From the NCBI GenBank assembly GCA_904420205.1, contig CAJFUN010000028.1:4568-68567 (forward strand): a DNA stretch of 64,000 nt. Direction: 5' to 3'. This document shows positions 1-7,624 of the stretch, piece after piece. Origin of the DNA: Candidatus Parachristensenella avicola. GTDB taxonomy: Bacteria > Bacillota > Clostridia > Christensenellales > UMGS416. The stretch's first letter is position 1. Every line of letters starts with the position of its first letter. A program made the position numbers and the translations under genes. The notes under the pieces were generated by a model. The model saw nothing but the letters and a program-made list of their open reading frames with translations, was not told the DNA's origin and did not search any database.

Positions 1-206
1 TTTTGCCGCAAAATCGCAACCCGCACGCTGCGCCTGGACCAGGCGTAAAAATCAAAGCCCGCGCCGCTTCAGGGGCGTTCTCCATCGAGGAGCCGACCTT
101 TCCTTCTATCCCATATCTTGATACGCGCCATATCTGCCGCGACTTCTGAGCGCAATGAAACCCGTTGGGGGCCGGAGCAGGCTGCGACAAAATCAGGCAA
201 ACAAAA

Positions 207-227
207 GGAGCCGTACGGCTCCTTTTT
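207..227. terminator. bidirectional intrinsic terminator candidate
   Basis: Hairpin ggagcc(207-212)-gtac-ggctcc(217-222), with an A-run upstream and T5 (223-227) downstream. Confidence 0.55.
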
Positions 228-508
228 ACGATCTTATTCCCTACTTTAAGCCGCCTATCGGCTTTGCTGGCAATCCCCCCATACCCTTAACCGCAGGCGC
301 CCAAAACCACAAAACCGCCGGATGCAGAAGTAGTCCGGTTGCCATAGCCCGCCGCGCCGGCATGCTCCCGCTTGCCTCTGCCAAAGGCCGATGCTATACT
401 GTGCAAGGGCCGCATAGGGCTTGATTTGTCTTGCCAGGGACACAGCCCATGGAATCCAGCGCGTGCGATGCACCTCGATCCAAACCGCTTGAACACGCGC
501 CAGCACGG

Positions 509-1285
509 CTAACGCATCGTCCGAATGTATTCAGCGACACCTTCGCCCTCGCTAAAGAGCGCTTCGCTCGCCTGGGCAATCTCCATGAGCACCCGATCCA
601 TGGGATCTAAAATCACGGCGTCCAGTCCCCGCTCCATCATGCAAGGTAGAAGGGCCCGATGCAGCGCGCGGCGGCGGGGCATTTGGTAGGAAACGTTACT
701 CAGCCCACAGATCGATAAGAATCCCTCGGCCCGGATGCGCTCCAGCATCGTCAGCATCCGCGTGATATCTTCCGGATAAAAGGCCAAGGGCAGCACCACC
801 GGGTCCACCCATACCCGCTCCCGGGGCAATCCGTGCACCTCCAACCTTCGGGCTAGCTCCTCCAGCCTTTGTCCCAAATCCTGTTCGTCGGCCAGGGGGC
901 GGCCTTTCACCAGGGCCAGCACCACCAGGCGCGCCTTCAGCTGGATTGCCAGTTCGGTCACCGGCTCCAGGCTAGCCGGGTCCATCGTAGCCGAATTTAG
1001 GATTAAGCTTCTGGAGGCGCAGGTTTCAGCCAAAGCCTCCATCACGCGAAGCTTAGCGCTGTCAATACACAAAGGGATTGTCACCTCAGCGGGCACGGCC
1101 CGGATCATTCCCGCCAGAAGCTCGGATTCCTGCTTGCCGAAGGCTCCTGCATTCAAATCCAGCGCTTGCGCGCCCGCCTGCTGCTGCCGCAATGCTAAGC
1201 GGCTAATGCAGTCCCAATTCCTCGACTCCAGAGCGGCTTTCACCTGCGCATTAGAACTATTAAGTTTTTCACCGATAACGAACAT
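509..1285 (-). CDS. pterin-binding domain protein (methyltetrahydrofolate:corrinoid / DHPS-like methyltransferase fold)
   Basis: 258-aa ORF. The N-terminus MFVIGEKLNSSN.. and motifs such as LDLNAG and ICGLSNVSYQMP look like MeTr/MtrH-type pterin-binding barrels. A GGGAGA RBS lies upstream of ATG 1285. Confidence 0.7.
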   Translation of the reverse strand: MFVIGEKLNSSNAQVKAALESRNWDCISRLALRQQQAGAQALDLNAGAFGKQESELLAGMIRAVPAEVTIPLCIDSAKLRVMEALAETCASRSLILNSATMDPASLEPVTELAIQLKARLVVLALVKGRPLADEQDLGQRLEELARRLEVHGLPRERVWVDPVVLPLAFYPEDITRMLTMLERIRAEGFLSICGLSNVSYQMPRRRALHRALLPCMMERGLDAVILDPMDRVLMEIAQASEALFSEGEGVAEYIRTMR

Positions 1286-1310
1286 ATCTTTTCTCCCAGG
1301 AGGTTATTTG

Positions 1311-2699
1311 ATGGAATATCGTTATGCAAAGCGCTACCCTGTGCCCGGGCTGCTGAACTGCCGGGATCTGGGCGGCTACCCGCTACCGGGCGGGCAAACC
1401 CGCTGGGGCCTATTTTGGCGCAGCGCTTGCCCCTACGGGCTGTCAGAAGAGGCTGTCGCCGCGCTGGAGCGGATGGGGCTCGCCCTTGTGATCGATCTGC
1501 GCAGCGGTTTTGAGCGCCGCCAGCAGCCAAGCGCCCTGGCCGGGCGCACAGCTTTTGCCCTGCTGGAACTGCCTCTGCTGGATCAAATTGGCGCTTCGAT
1601 GACGCACACCAGCGATATGGGTGAATTCTATGCCGCCCTGCTGCATCATGGGCAGGCATGTTTCCGAACGCTTTTCACCCGCATCGCTGAAGTTGAAGGG
1701 CCGGTGCTCTTTCACTGCACTGCCGGCAAAGACCGCACCGGCGTCGTCGCAGCGCTGCTGCTGGCGCTGGCCGGTGTGGAGCGGCCGGACATCATTGCCG
1801 ACTATGAGGTCAGCCATACGCTCATCGCCCCGCTGATCGAATCGCTTCATGGCGCGGTGCCGGGGCTGGATATGAACCGGCTTGAATCCCGACCGGCGTA
1901 CATGGCCCGCTTCCTGGATGAGCTGGAAGGATTGGGCGGCGCATACCGCTACCTCACGGACCGGTGCGGCCTGCCGGAGGCAACGGTTCAACGGCTGAAG
2001 CGGCGGCTTACCGCCCCGCCGCCCGACAGCTGGTACGGCTACCGGCGCATCCCCCTTCCAGGCGTGGAAAACTTTCGGGATCTGGGAGGGTATCCCATGG
2101 CCGGCGGTGGAATCACCCATTGGGGCCGCCTATACCGCAGCGCTTTCCCACGCCTGGGGATGGAGGAACGCCAACGGCAGGCCCTCCTGCAGGCCGGCGT
2201 CACCACCGTGCTGGATCTACGCAGCGCCGTCGAGGACGCGGCCCATCCCCATCCGCTTGCAGGGGACAGACGCTTTCGGATCGTGCGCAACTCCCCTGAC
2301 GATTTCCTCTCAATCGATCCCGATCAGCCCTTCCCCCAAATTTATCAGGACTACTTGCGCCAGGGCGCCGACCATTACCGCGCTGTAATGGAGGCCGTCG
2401 ACCGGGCCGACGGCGCTGTGCTGATTCACTGCTTTTCCGGTAAAGACCGCACCGGCATGGTATCGGCACTGCTCATGGATCTTGCCGGCGTAGCTGCTGC
2501 GGATATTATAGCCGATTATCAAGTCAGCCTCACCTATTTGACCGGAGCGGAAGCCCATCGTATTCCCTCTCATGCGGAAAACATGGCGGCTTTTCTTGCG
2601 CTGCTCGGCCAGTACGGCGGCGCGGCCCGCTTCCTTAGCCAGCGCTGCGGCCTTCCTGAAAGCCTGCTGGAGCGCATTCGGCTTCGCTTATGCCGATAG
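1311..2699 (+). CDS. two-domain (internally duplicated) protein-tyrosine phosphatase-like protein
   Basis: Start moved from the track ORF (1134) to ATG 1311, which has AGGAGG (1298-1303) 7 nt upstream. Two ~230-aa halves each carry N-x-RDLGGYP and a CX5R P-loop (HCTAGKDRTG; HCFSGKDRTG). Confidence 0.8.
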   Translation: MEYRYAKRYPVPGLLNCRDLGGYPLPGGQTRWGLFWRSACPYGLSEEAVAALERMGLALVIDLRSGFERRQQPSALAGRTAFALLELPLLDQIGASMTHTSDMGEFYAALLHHGQACFRTLFTRIAEVEGPVLFHCTAGKDRTGVVAALLLALAGVERPDIIADYEVSHTLIAPLIESLHGAVPGLDMNRLESRPAYMARFLDELEGLGGAYRYLTDRCGLPEATVQRLKRRLTAPPPDSWYGYRRIPLPGVENFRDLGGYPMAGGGITHWGRLYRSAFPRLGMEERQRQALLQAGVTTVLDLRSAVEDAAHPHPLAGDRRFRIVRNSPDDFLSIDPDQPFPQIYQDYLRQGADHYRAVMEAVDRADGAVLIHCFSGKDRTGMVSALLMDLAGVAAADIIADYQVSLTYLTGAEAHRIPSHAENMAAFLALLGQYGGAARFLSQRCGLPESLLERIRLRLCR

Positions 2700-3122
2700 C
2701 CGCTCTACCAACGCTTCCAGCGCCAGGATGTAGCCGGTTTCGCCCAAACCGCAGATCTGCCCCAGGCACACGGCGGTAATCAGGCTGGTATGCCGGAATT
2801 CCTCCCGGGCATGGATGTTGCTGATATGCACCTCTACCACCGGCAGGGCAATGGCCGAGATGGCATCCCGCAGCGCATAGCTGGTATGGCTATAGGCGCC
2901 GGGGTTAAAAATCACACCGTCCACCGTGGAGCGGCAGGCATGAAGCTTGTCGATCAGCGCCCCCTCCCAATTGGACTGATAAAACTCCACCTCCACGCCC
3001 AGCTCTTCAGCTCGCTGAGCAATCCGGCGATGGATGTCCTCCAGCGTTCTAGCGCCGTAGACGCCGGGCTCCCGTAATCCGGTCAAGTTCAGATTCGGGC
3101 CTTGAAGCACGCAAATTTTCAT
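2688..3122 (-). CDS. aroQ: 3-dehydroquinate dehydratase, type II
   Basis: 144 aa. MKICVLQGPNLNLTGLREPGVYG and HISNIHAREEFRH are canonical type II DHQase motifs. Confidence 0.9.
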   Translation of the reverse strand: MKICVLQGPNLNLTGLREPGVYGARTLEDIHRRIAQRAEELGVEVEFYQSNWEGALIDKLHACRSTVDGVIFNPGAYSHTSYALRDAISAIALPVVEVHISNIHAREEFRHTSLITAVCLGQICGLGETGYILALEALVERLSA

Positions 3123-3300
3123 GATCGGTCACTCCTTTCGCTTTTGCCATCATACAATGATCTCTGCCCGCACGCAAGAGCTCCCCAGAGGGGATGTCTG
3201 GGAAAAGACCCGTCAAAATCCCTTGCGAAATCCTTTTCGTCTGCTATAATAGAGGTATTTAGGGAATAAATAGGGCGCCAGCCCGGAAAGAGGACACAAG

Positions 3301-4134
3301 ATGAAAAAGTTTCCCGTCGCATATCAGGTCTATTCCGCCCGCGATGAGGCGCAGGCCGACCTTAAGGGCGTGCTCTCCCAGCTGAAGGCCATGGGCTATG
3401 CTGGCGTTGAGTTTGCCGGATTTTACGGCCACTCGGCCCAGGAAGTCAAGGCTATGCTGGACGAAACCGGCTTGACCGCCATTTCGAGCCACGTTCCCTT
3501 CCAGTCCATGGTTGAGGACATGTTCGGCGTGATCTCCTACCATAAAACCATCGGTTGCCGGTACATCGCCATCCCCTATCTGGACGAAGCGACCCGCCCC
3601 GGAAGCGACGGTTTCGCGGATGTAATTCAGAAAATTTATACCTTCGGCCAGCTATGCCGCACGGCGGGGATCCAGCTGCTGTACCATAACCACGACTTCG
3701 AGTTTGTCAAGCTCAGCGGGCAATACGGGCTGGATTTCCTTTATTCCGCCGTACCTTCCTGCCTTCTGGCTACGGAGCTGGATACCTGCTGGGTCAAGTA
3801 TGCCGGGGAAGATCCGGCCCGATACATCGAAAAGTACGCAGGCCGCTGCCCGGTGGTGCATCTGAAGGACTATGTGGGCGTCAAAAGCGACCGCCAGCCC
3901 TATGCATTGATTCAGGCCGACGGCCAGGACGACGCCACTGCCCAGAACGACGCGCCCTTTGAATTCCGTCCCGTGGGCCATGGCTGCCAGGACTTTCCCT
4001 CCATTCTCCAGGCTGCCGAAGCCTCCGGCGCCCAGTGGGTGGTGGTGGAGCAGGATCTTTCCCTGACCCGTCCGCCGCTGGAGGCCGCTAAGATGAGCAT
4101 CGATTATCTTAAGTCCATCGGCGCTGCGCTGTAA
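3301..4134 (+). CDS. sugar phosphate isomerase/epimerase (xylose-isomerase-like TIM barrel) family protein
   Basis: 277-aa ORF whose length and pattern (GYAGVEFAG.., ELDTCW.., VVEQD) are typical of this family. Confidence 0.65.
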   Translation: MKKFPVAYQVYSARDEAQADLKGVLSQLKAMGYAGVEFAGFYGHSAQEVKAMLDETGLTAISSHVPFQSMVEDMFGVISYHKTIGCRYIAIPYLDEATRPGSDGFADVIQKIYTFGQLCRTAGIQLLYHNHDFEFVKLSGQYGLDFLYSAVPSCLLATELDTCWVKYAGEDPARYIEKYAGRCPVVHLKDYVGVKSDRQPYALIQADGQDDATAQNDAPFEFRPVGHGCQDFPSILQAAEASGAQWVVVEQDLSLTRPPLEAAKMSIDYLKSIGAAL

Positions 4135-4150
4135 CCGCCGAAACGGCGTA

Positions 4151-4186
4151 AATAAGGACGCCCTTCCATGGGAGGGCGTCCTTATT
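4151..4186. terminator. bidirectional intrinsic terminator between convergent genes
   Basis: Perfect 14-bp stem aataaggacgccct (4151-4164) / agggcgtccttatt (4173-4186) with an 8-nt loop, sitting between the stop at 4134 (+) and the stop at 4318 (-). Confidence 0.75.
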
Positions 4187-4317
4187 GTTTACCTGCTATC
4201 CTGTTGATTGGGCTTTCCGCTATCCTCCACAGCCCCTTCAGAGGGTCTCTACAAATCGCTGCAAATTTCGCAGCATTTGTACTCCCCATCTTTTATGCCA
4301 GTATATCACTGCACATT

Positions 4318-5481
4318 TTAGTCATCCTGGTCATCGTCGTCCTGGTCATCGTCCCGGTCGTCGTCGTCCCGATCGTCGTCATCCTGGTCGTCGTCATCCT
4401 GGTCGTCGTCGTCCCGGTCGTCGTCGTCCCGATCGTCGTCGTCCCGATCGTCGTCGTCCCGATCGTCGTCGTCCCGATCGTCGTCGTCCCGGTCGTCGTC
4501 CCGGTCATCGTCGGCCAGGTCGTCGGCCAGGTCGTCGTCGTCACGGTCGTCGTCCTGGCCGTCGGCCCGGTCATCGTCGGCCCGATCGTCGTCGTCCTGG
4601 TCGTCGTCCTGGTCGTCGTCCCGGTCGTCGCCGGCCCGATCGTCGTCGTCCCGGTCATCGTCACGGTCGTCGTCGTCACGGTCGTCGTCCTGACCGTCGT
4701 CCCGGTCGTCGTCACGGTCGTCGTCCTGGCCGTCGGCCCGGTCATCGTCATCCTGGTCGTCATCCTGACCGTGGAGGGCATTCCAGTCATCGTTACCTTC
4801 AAAATCTGCTTCCAGGACCTTACCTGTACGGGCGTCTACTTCATATTCATACTCGATACCATTAGCAGAAAATTCGAATTCATAGACGCCGTCATCCAGT
4901 TCATATTCGTGATCCCTGAAAGAAGCGGATACCACGCCGAGTTGAGAAAGTACTAATTCTTTTGCTTTTTCCAGATTGATATAGCCATTATCATCCAAAT
5001 CTGTTTTCTGAATGGTCATAGCGGCCGACCCAATGCCGTGGGCTTTTACTGCTTCCCGGGCTTCATCTGCGATGCTTTCCAGGAAATCATCATCTGGATA
5101 CGCAGAGCCTTCCTCCAGTTTGAGTATGATGTTTTTTGCATGTCCATCCACTGTTTCTGCAAAAAAACCGGCTTCATAGATTTTTTGCACAAGTTCATTG
5201 ACAACGCTTTTGCATTCTTTGCCTTTGTATTCCGCAACTTCTGCTGCAACTGTTTTACCGTCGTCGTTCATACCTTCGATTTCAAGCACAAATCCATTCT
5301 CGTCGTATTCAATCTTTATTTCAGGATTTATGCTTAGCAGCACCGTTCCTGCTACTTTACTTTCAGCTACAGGCGATGACATCTCCATGGTTTGCGACGC
5401 ACCGCATCCCGTAAGAAGCGTCAGTGCTAAGGCGGTCGTGACAGTCAGTGCAAGCGTCTTCCTCAAGTTCATCTTTTTCAT
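4318..5481 (-). CDS. lipoprotein with an RsgI-like Asn-Pro domain, a PepSY domain and a ~150-aa poly-Asp C-terminal tail
   Basis: ATG 5481 (MKKMNLRK..) has an AAAGGAGAA RBS. Lipobox LLTGC. The segment LLSINPEIKIEYDENGFVLEIEGMNDDGK aligns with the ectodomain of the upstream anti-sigma factor. PepSY-like EYELDDGVYEFEFSANGIEYEYEVDARTGKVL. The tail consists of DDDDR/DDDDQ units. Confidence 0.8.
   Translation of the reverse strand: MKKMNLRKTLALTVTTALALTLLTGCGASQTMEMSSPVAESKVAGTVLLSINPEIKIEYDENGFVLEIEGMNDDGKTVAAEVAEYKGKECKSVVNELVQKIYEAGFFAETVDGHAKNIILKLEEGSAYPDDDFLESIADEAREAVKAHGIGSAAMTIQKTDLDDNGYINLEKAKELVLSQLGVVSASFRDHEYELDDGVYEFEFSANGIEYEYEVDARTGKVLEADFEGNDDWNALHGQDDDQDDDDRADGQDDDRDDDRDDGQDDDRDDDDRDDDRDDDDRAGDDRDDDQDDDQDDDDRADDDRADGQDDDRDDDDLADDLADDDRDDDRDDDDRDDDDRDDDDRDDDDRDDDDRDDDDQDDDDQDDDDRDDDDRDDDQDDDDQDD
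4321..4773 (-). repeat. coding tandem repeat with 15-bp period (GAC GAC GAC GAT CGG = DDDDR) and degenerate variants
   Basis: Four perfect units cccgatcgtcgtcgt at 4428-4487 on the + strand, flanked by many near-copies. Encodes about 151 aa of D/R/Q/A/G only. Confidence 0.9.
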
Positions 5482-5603
5482 GGCGTCTTCTCCTTTTGGC
5501 AAATTGGTCTGGCTTTTTTGTCTTATACATATAGATTACGGGGCATCGCCAGCGGAATCGGGGTCGCGAATAAGATTTTCATTGAATTTCTTAATTGCGT
5601 TAT

Positions 5604-6689
5604 CTACTTATCATCCAAATCGTCCCCGGCGTCGTCATCGTCGTCCCCGGCATCGTCGTCATCGCCGTCCCCGGCGTCGTCGTCATCGTCGTCCCCGGCA
5701 TCGTCGTCGTCTCCGGCATCGTCGTCATCGCCGTCCCCGGCGTCGTCATCGTCGTCTCCGGCATCGTCATTGTCGTCTCCGGCATCGTCATTGTCGTCCC
5801 CGGCATCCCCGGCATCCCCAGCATCGTCGTCATCGCCGTCCCCGGCGTCGTCAGCGTCGTCCCCGGCATCGTCGTCATCGCCGTCCCCGGCGTCGTCAGC
5901 GTCGTCCCCGGCATCGTCGTCCCCGGCGTCGTCATCGTCGTCCCCGGCATCGCCGTCCTCGGCGTCGTCATCGTCGTCCCAGTTGTCCTCAGTTCCATGG
6001 TCCCTCTGCCCCGGGTTTTCATTGCCCTCAATATCACTTCGCCCAGGGGTTTGCGCCGGTATAAAATCATCGGGGTTAATCACAATTGTCCATGAAATAT
6101 CAGATGGCTCCTCAGAACTTTCACTCGGTATGACCACAACATTGACACGGTTATCAAAATGTTCTTTTAATTCCGACACTAAAGTTTTCTCAATATCCGC
6201 TTTCCACTTTTCATGCTTAGAGTCCACGGCCAGCATAATTTGGCCGCCCTCACTAAGAAATCCCATGTCCATAGCCCGGTCGCTTAGGTCATCGGATACT
6301 ATTTCAACGGTTTTACCATAGAAGCGATAGTCCTCAATAAGCATTTTACCGTCCTCATTCATGCCTTCTAAGCCGACAATCCGGTTGAAATGGTTCACGC
6401 ACATTTGAACATCGGGGTTAATCCGTATCCGCACCGTTCCTGCTGGTGACCGCCAAAATCCCCAGCATCCAAGGATCATCACGCATAAGCATGCCGCTAT
6501 CGCCGTCCATTGTGTAAAATGCCTTTTATTATCGCGCCGCCTAGCAAGCGCATCCTGAAGAATCACCCGGTCCACTACTTCCCCAACATCATAGCCCAGA
6601 TTCGGGATTTTCAAAAAGCGTCCCTCTTTATCCAAAACGACAGCATAGCTGAAACCGCATTCCACCACAAGATATTCCATCCGCCTCAC
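5604..6689 (-). CDS. rsgI: anti-sigma-I factor RsgI-like, with a ~125-aa poly-Asp (DDDDAG) C-terminal tail
   Basis: The N-terminus (..YAVVLDKEGRFLKIPNLGYDVGEVV) resembles the RsgI N-domain. It has a single TM (WTAIAACLCVMILGCWGFW) followed by VRIRINP (Asn91-Pro92 = 6414-6419). The GTG start overlaps the sigI stop (GTGA); an alternative ATG lies at 6680. Confidence 0.7.
   Translation of the reverse strand: MRRMEYLVVECGFSYAVVLDKEGRFLKIPNLGYDVGEVVDRVILQDALARRRDNKRHFTQWTAIAACLCVMILGCWGFWRSPAGTVRIRINPDVQMCVNHFNRIVGLEGMNEDGKMLIEDYRFYGKTVEIVSDDLSDRAMDMGFLSEGGQIMLAVDSKHEKWKADIEKTLVSELKEHFDNRVNVVVIPSESSEEPSDISWTIVINPDDFIPAQTPGRSDIEGNENPGQRDHGTEDNWDDDDDAEDGDAGDDDDDAGDDDAGDDADDAGDGDDDDAGDDADDAGDGDDDDAGDAGDAGDDNDDAGDDNDDAGDDDDDAGDGDDDDAGDDDDAGDDDDDDAGDGDDDDAGDDDDDAGDDLDDK
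5607..5981 (-). repeat. coding low-complexity repeat (D/A/G); includes a perfect 45-bp tandem duplication at 5821-5910
   Basis: 5821-5865 and 5866-5910 are identical (gcatcgtcgtcatcgccgtccccggcgtcgtcagcgtcgtccccg). Confidence 0.9.
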
Positions 6690-7414
6690 GCCCCTTTCCC
6701 CGATGTGATCTGGCTAAGGTGCCCTCGAATTATTTCATACCCATTGGTATATGCAAGCAGGAGCGCCACAAGATATTTTCGATGCCGCTCCAATGTTTTC
6801 TTCTCCACGCCAGCGCCTTCTGCCAGCGCCGATAGCGGTAATTTCCCGCTCGCAACAAATTGGTCTAAAAGAATCCGCTCCTTGCGGGCATAAGCCAATA
6901 CCTGATGGCACGCTTTCATTGTTCGCGCCTGTTTGGGGCAATTATCCGCGACATCCGTCAGCCTAAGGCCATATTGCGAAAGCTGTCGGGAAAATTCCAA
7001 AATCTCCTCTTTTGCAGCATTCCGCGCATGGCGGTGGGCAATTTCATCGTGTCCCGCATCGATTTTTTCCAGAAGCGTCCGGCTTTTTCCCTCATCACCC
7101 ATGCGCTGATCCAAAGAGATCATGCCAGTATGCCGCTTTTCCTTGCGGCGATAATCAATAAGCCTATTGCGGATAACCACCGCAGCGAACTTTAAGAACG
7201 AGCCCTTCTTCTGCACATAGGCCATCGCCGCTTCATGGAACGCAAACATCGCGACATTCAATTCATCATCCTGCCCCGCAATTGGCATCCTTTTTAAGAA
7301 CCTCGCCGTTTCTGATTGAATGTATGGGAAGTATTCCCGCACAAGCGCATCTGCTGCCTGCGCATCCATTTTAGACCCATATACCCGATTCACAATTTCG
7401 TGCTCCGTTTTCAT
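6686..7414 (-). CDS. sigI: RNA polymerase sigma-I factor
   Basis: 242 aa. The region-2 segment NVAMFAFHEAAMAYVQKKGSFLKFAAVVIRNRLIDYRRKE closely parallels B. subtilis SigI as I recall it. The stop overlaps the rsgI-like start. RBS AGGAG upstream of ATG 7414. Confidence 0.8.
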   Translation of the reverse strand: MKTEHEIVNRVYGSKMDAQAADALVREYFPYIQSETARFLKRMPIAGQDDELNVAMFAFHEAAMAYVQKKGSFLKFAAVVIRNRLIDYRRKEKRHTGMISLDQRMGDEGKSRTLLEKIDAGHDEIAHRHARNAAKEEILEFSRQLSQYGLRLTDVADNCPKQARTMKACHQVLAYARKERILLDQFVASGKLPLSALAEGAGVEKKTLERHRKYLVALLLAYTNGYEIIRGHLSQITSGKGA

Positions 7415-7579
7415 TAACGCACTCCTGTCTACATATAGGATACGATGGCCCCATGCTTTTTACAGGGTTTTGACATCCATAAATTCAAATAAACCCATTA
7501 TGGACTGTATACAGGATTGGTAAATTTATTGTCATTGCAGGGTAAAATTCATGTAAACCTATTGCAGCAGATACACCGC

Positions 7580-7608
7580 AAAAAAAACGGGCCAAAGCCC
7601 GTTTTTTT
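7580..7608 (-). terminator. intrinsic terminator (bidirectional shape) after the membrane-protein gene
   Basis: A8-cgggc-caaa-gcccg-T7 at 7580-7608, 17 nt downstream of the stop at 7625. Confidence 0.8.
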
Positions 7609-7624
7609 AATAAATAATCATTGA

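Noticed and set aside
1-150. Possible 3' end of a + strand gene (frame 3: ..GVKIKARAASGAFSIEEPTFPSIPYLDTRHICRDF*), ending 57 nt before the 207-227 terminator.
   Set aside because: It is too short and unrecognisable to call, and frame 1 also ends at 46-48. I left it unreported as a feature.
4321-5981. Regular short-period repeats that could superficially suggest a CRISPR-like array.
   Set aside because: The periods are 15 bp and 45 bp with no unique spacers, the repeats are fully coding (poly-Asp tails), and no cas genes are present.
4168-6321. Long track ORFs in alternative frames and on the + strand across the acidic-repeat regions (poly-V/P 4168-4956 and 5595-6095, RRP/RRH-rich 4185-4865 and 5198-6064, poly-S/P 5518-6321, poly-T 4293-4802 and 5600-6070).
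   Set aside because: They are stop-free only because the GAC/GAT repeat lacks stops in every frame. They have no RBS or plausible domain architecture. The minus-strand frames with the signal peptide, RsgI and PepSY domains explain the region.
7440-7471. Candidate sigma-I-type autoregulatory promoter upstream of sigI (minus strand AAAACCC ... CGTAT).
   Set aside because: The spacing between the C-tract and CGTA (about 20 nt) looks longer than I remember for sigma-I promoters, and I cannot verify the consensus from memory. It needs TSS mapping.
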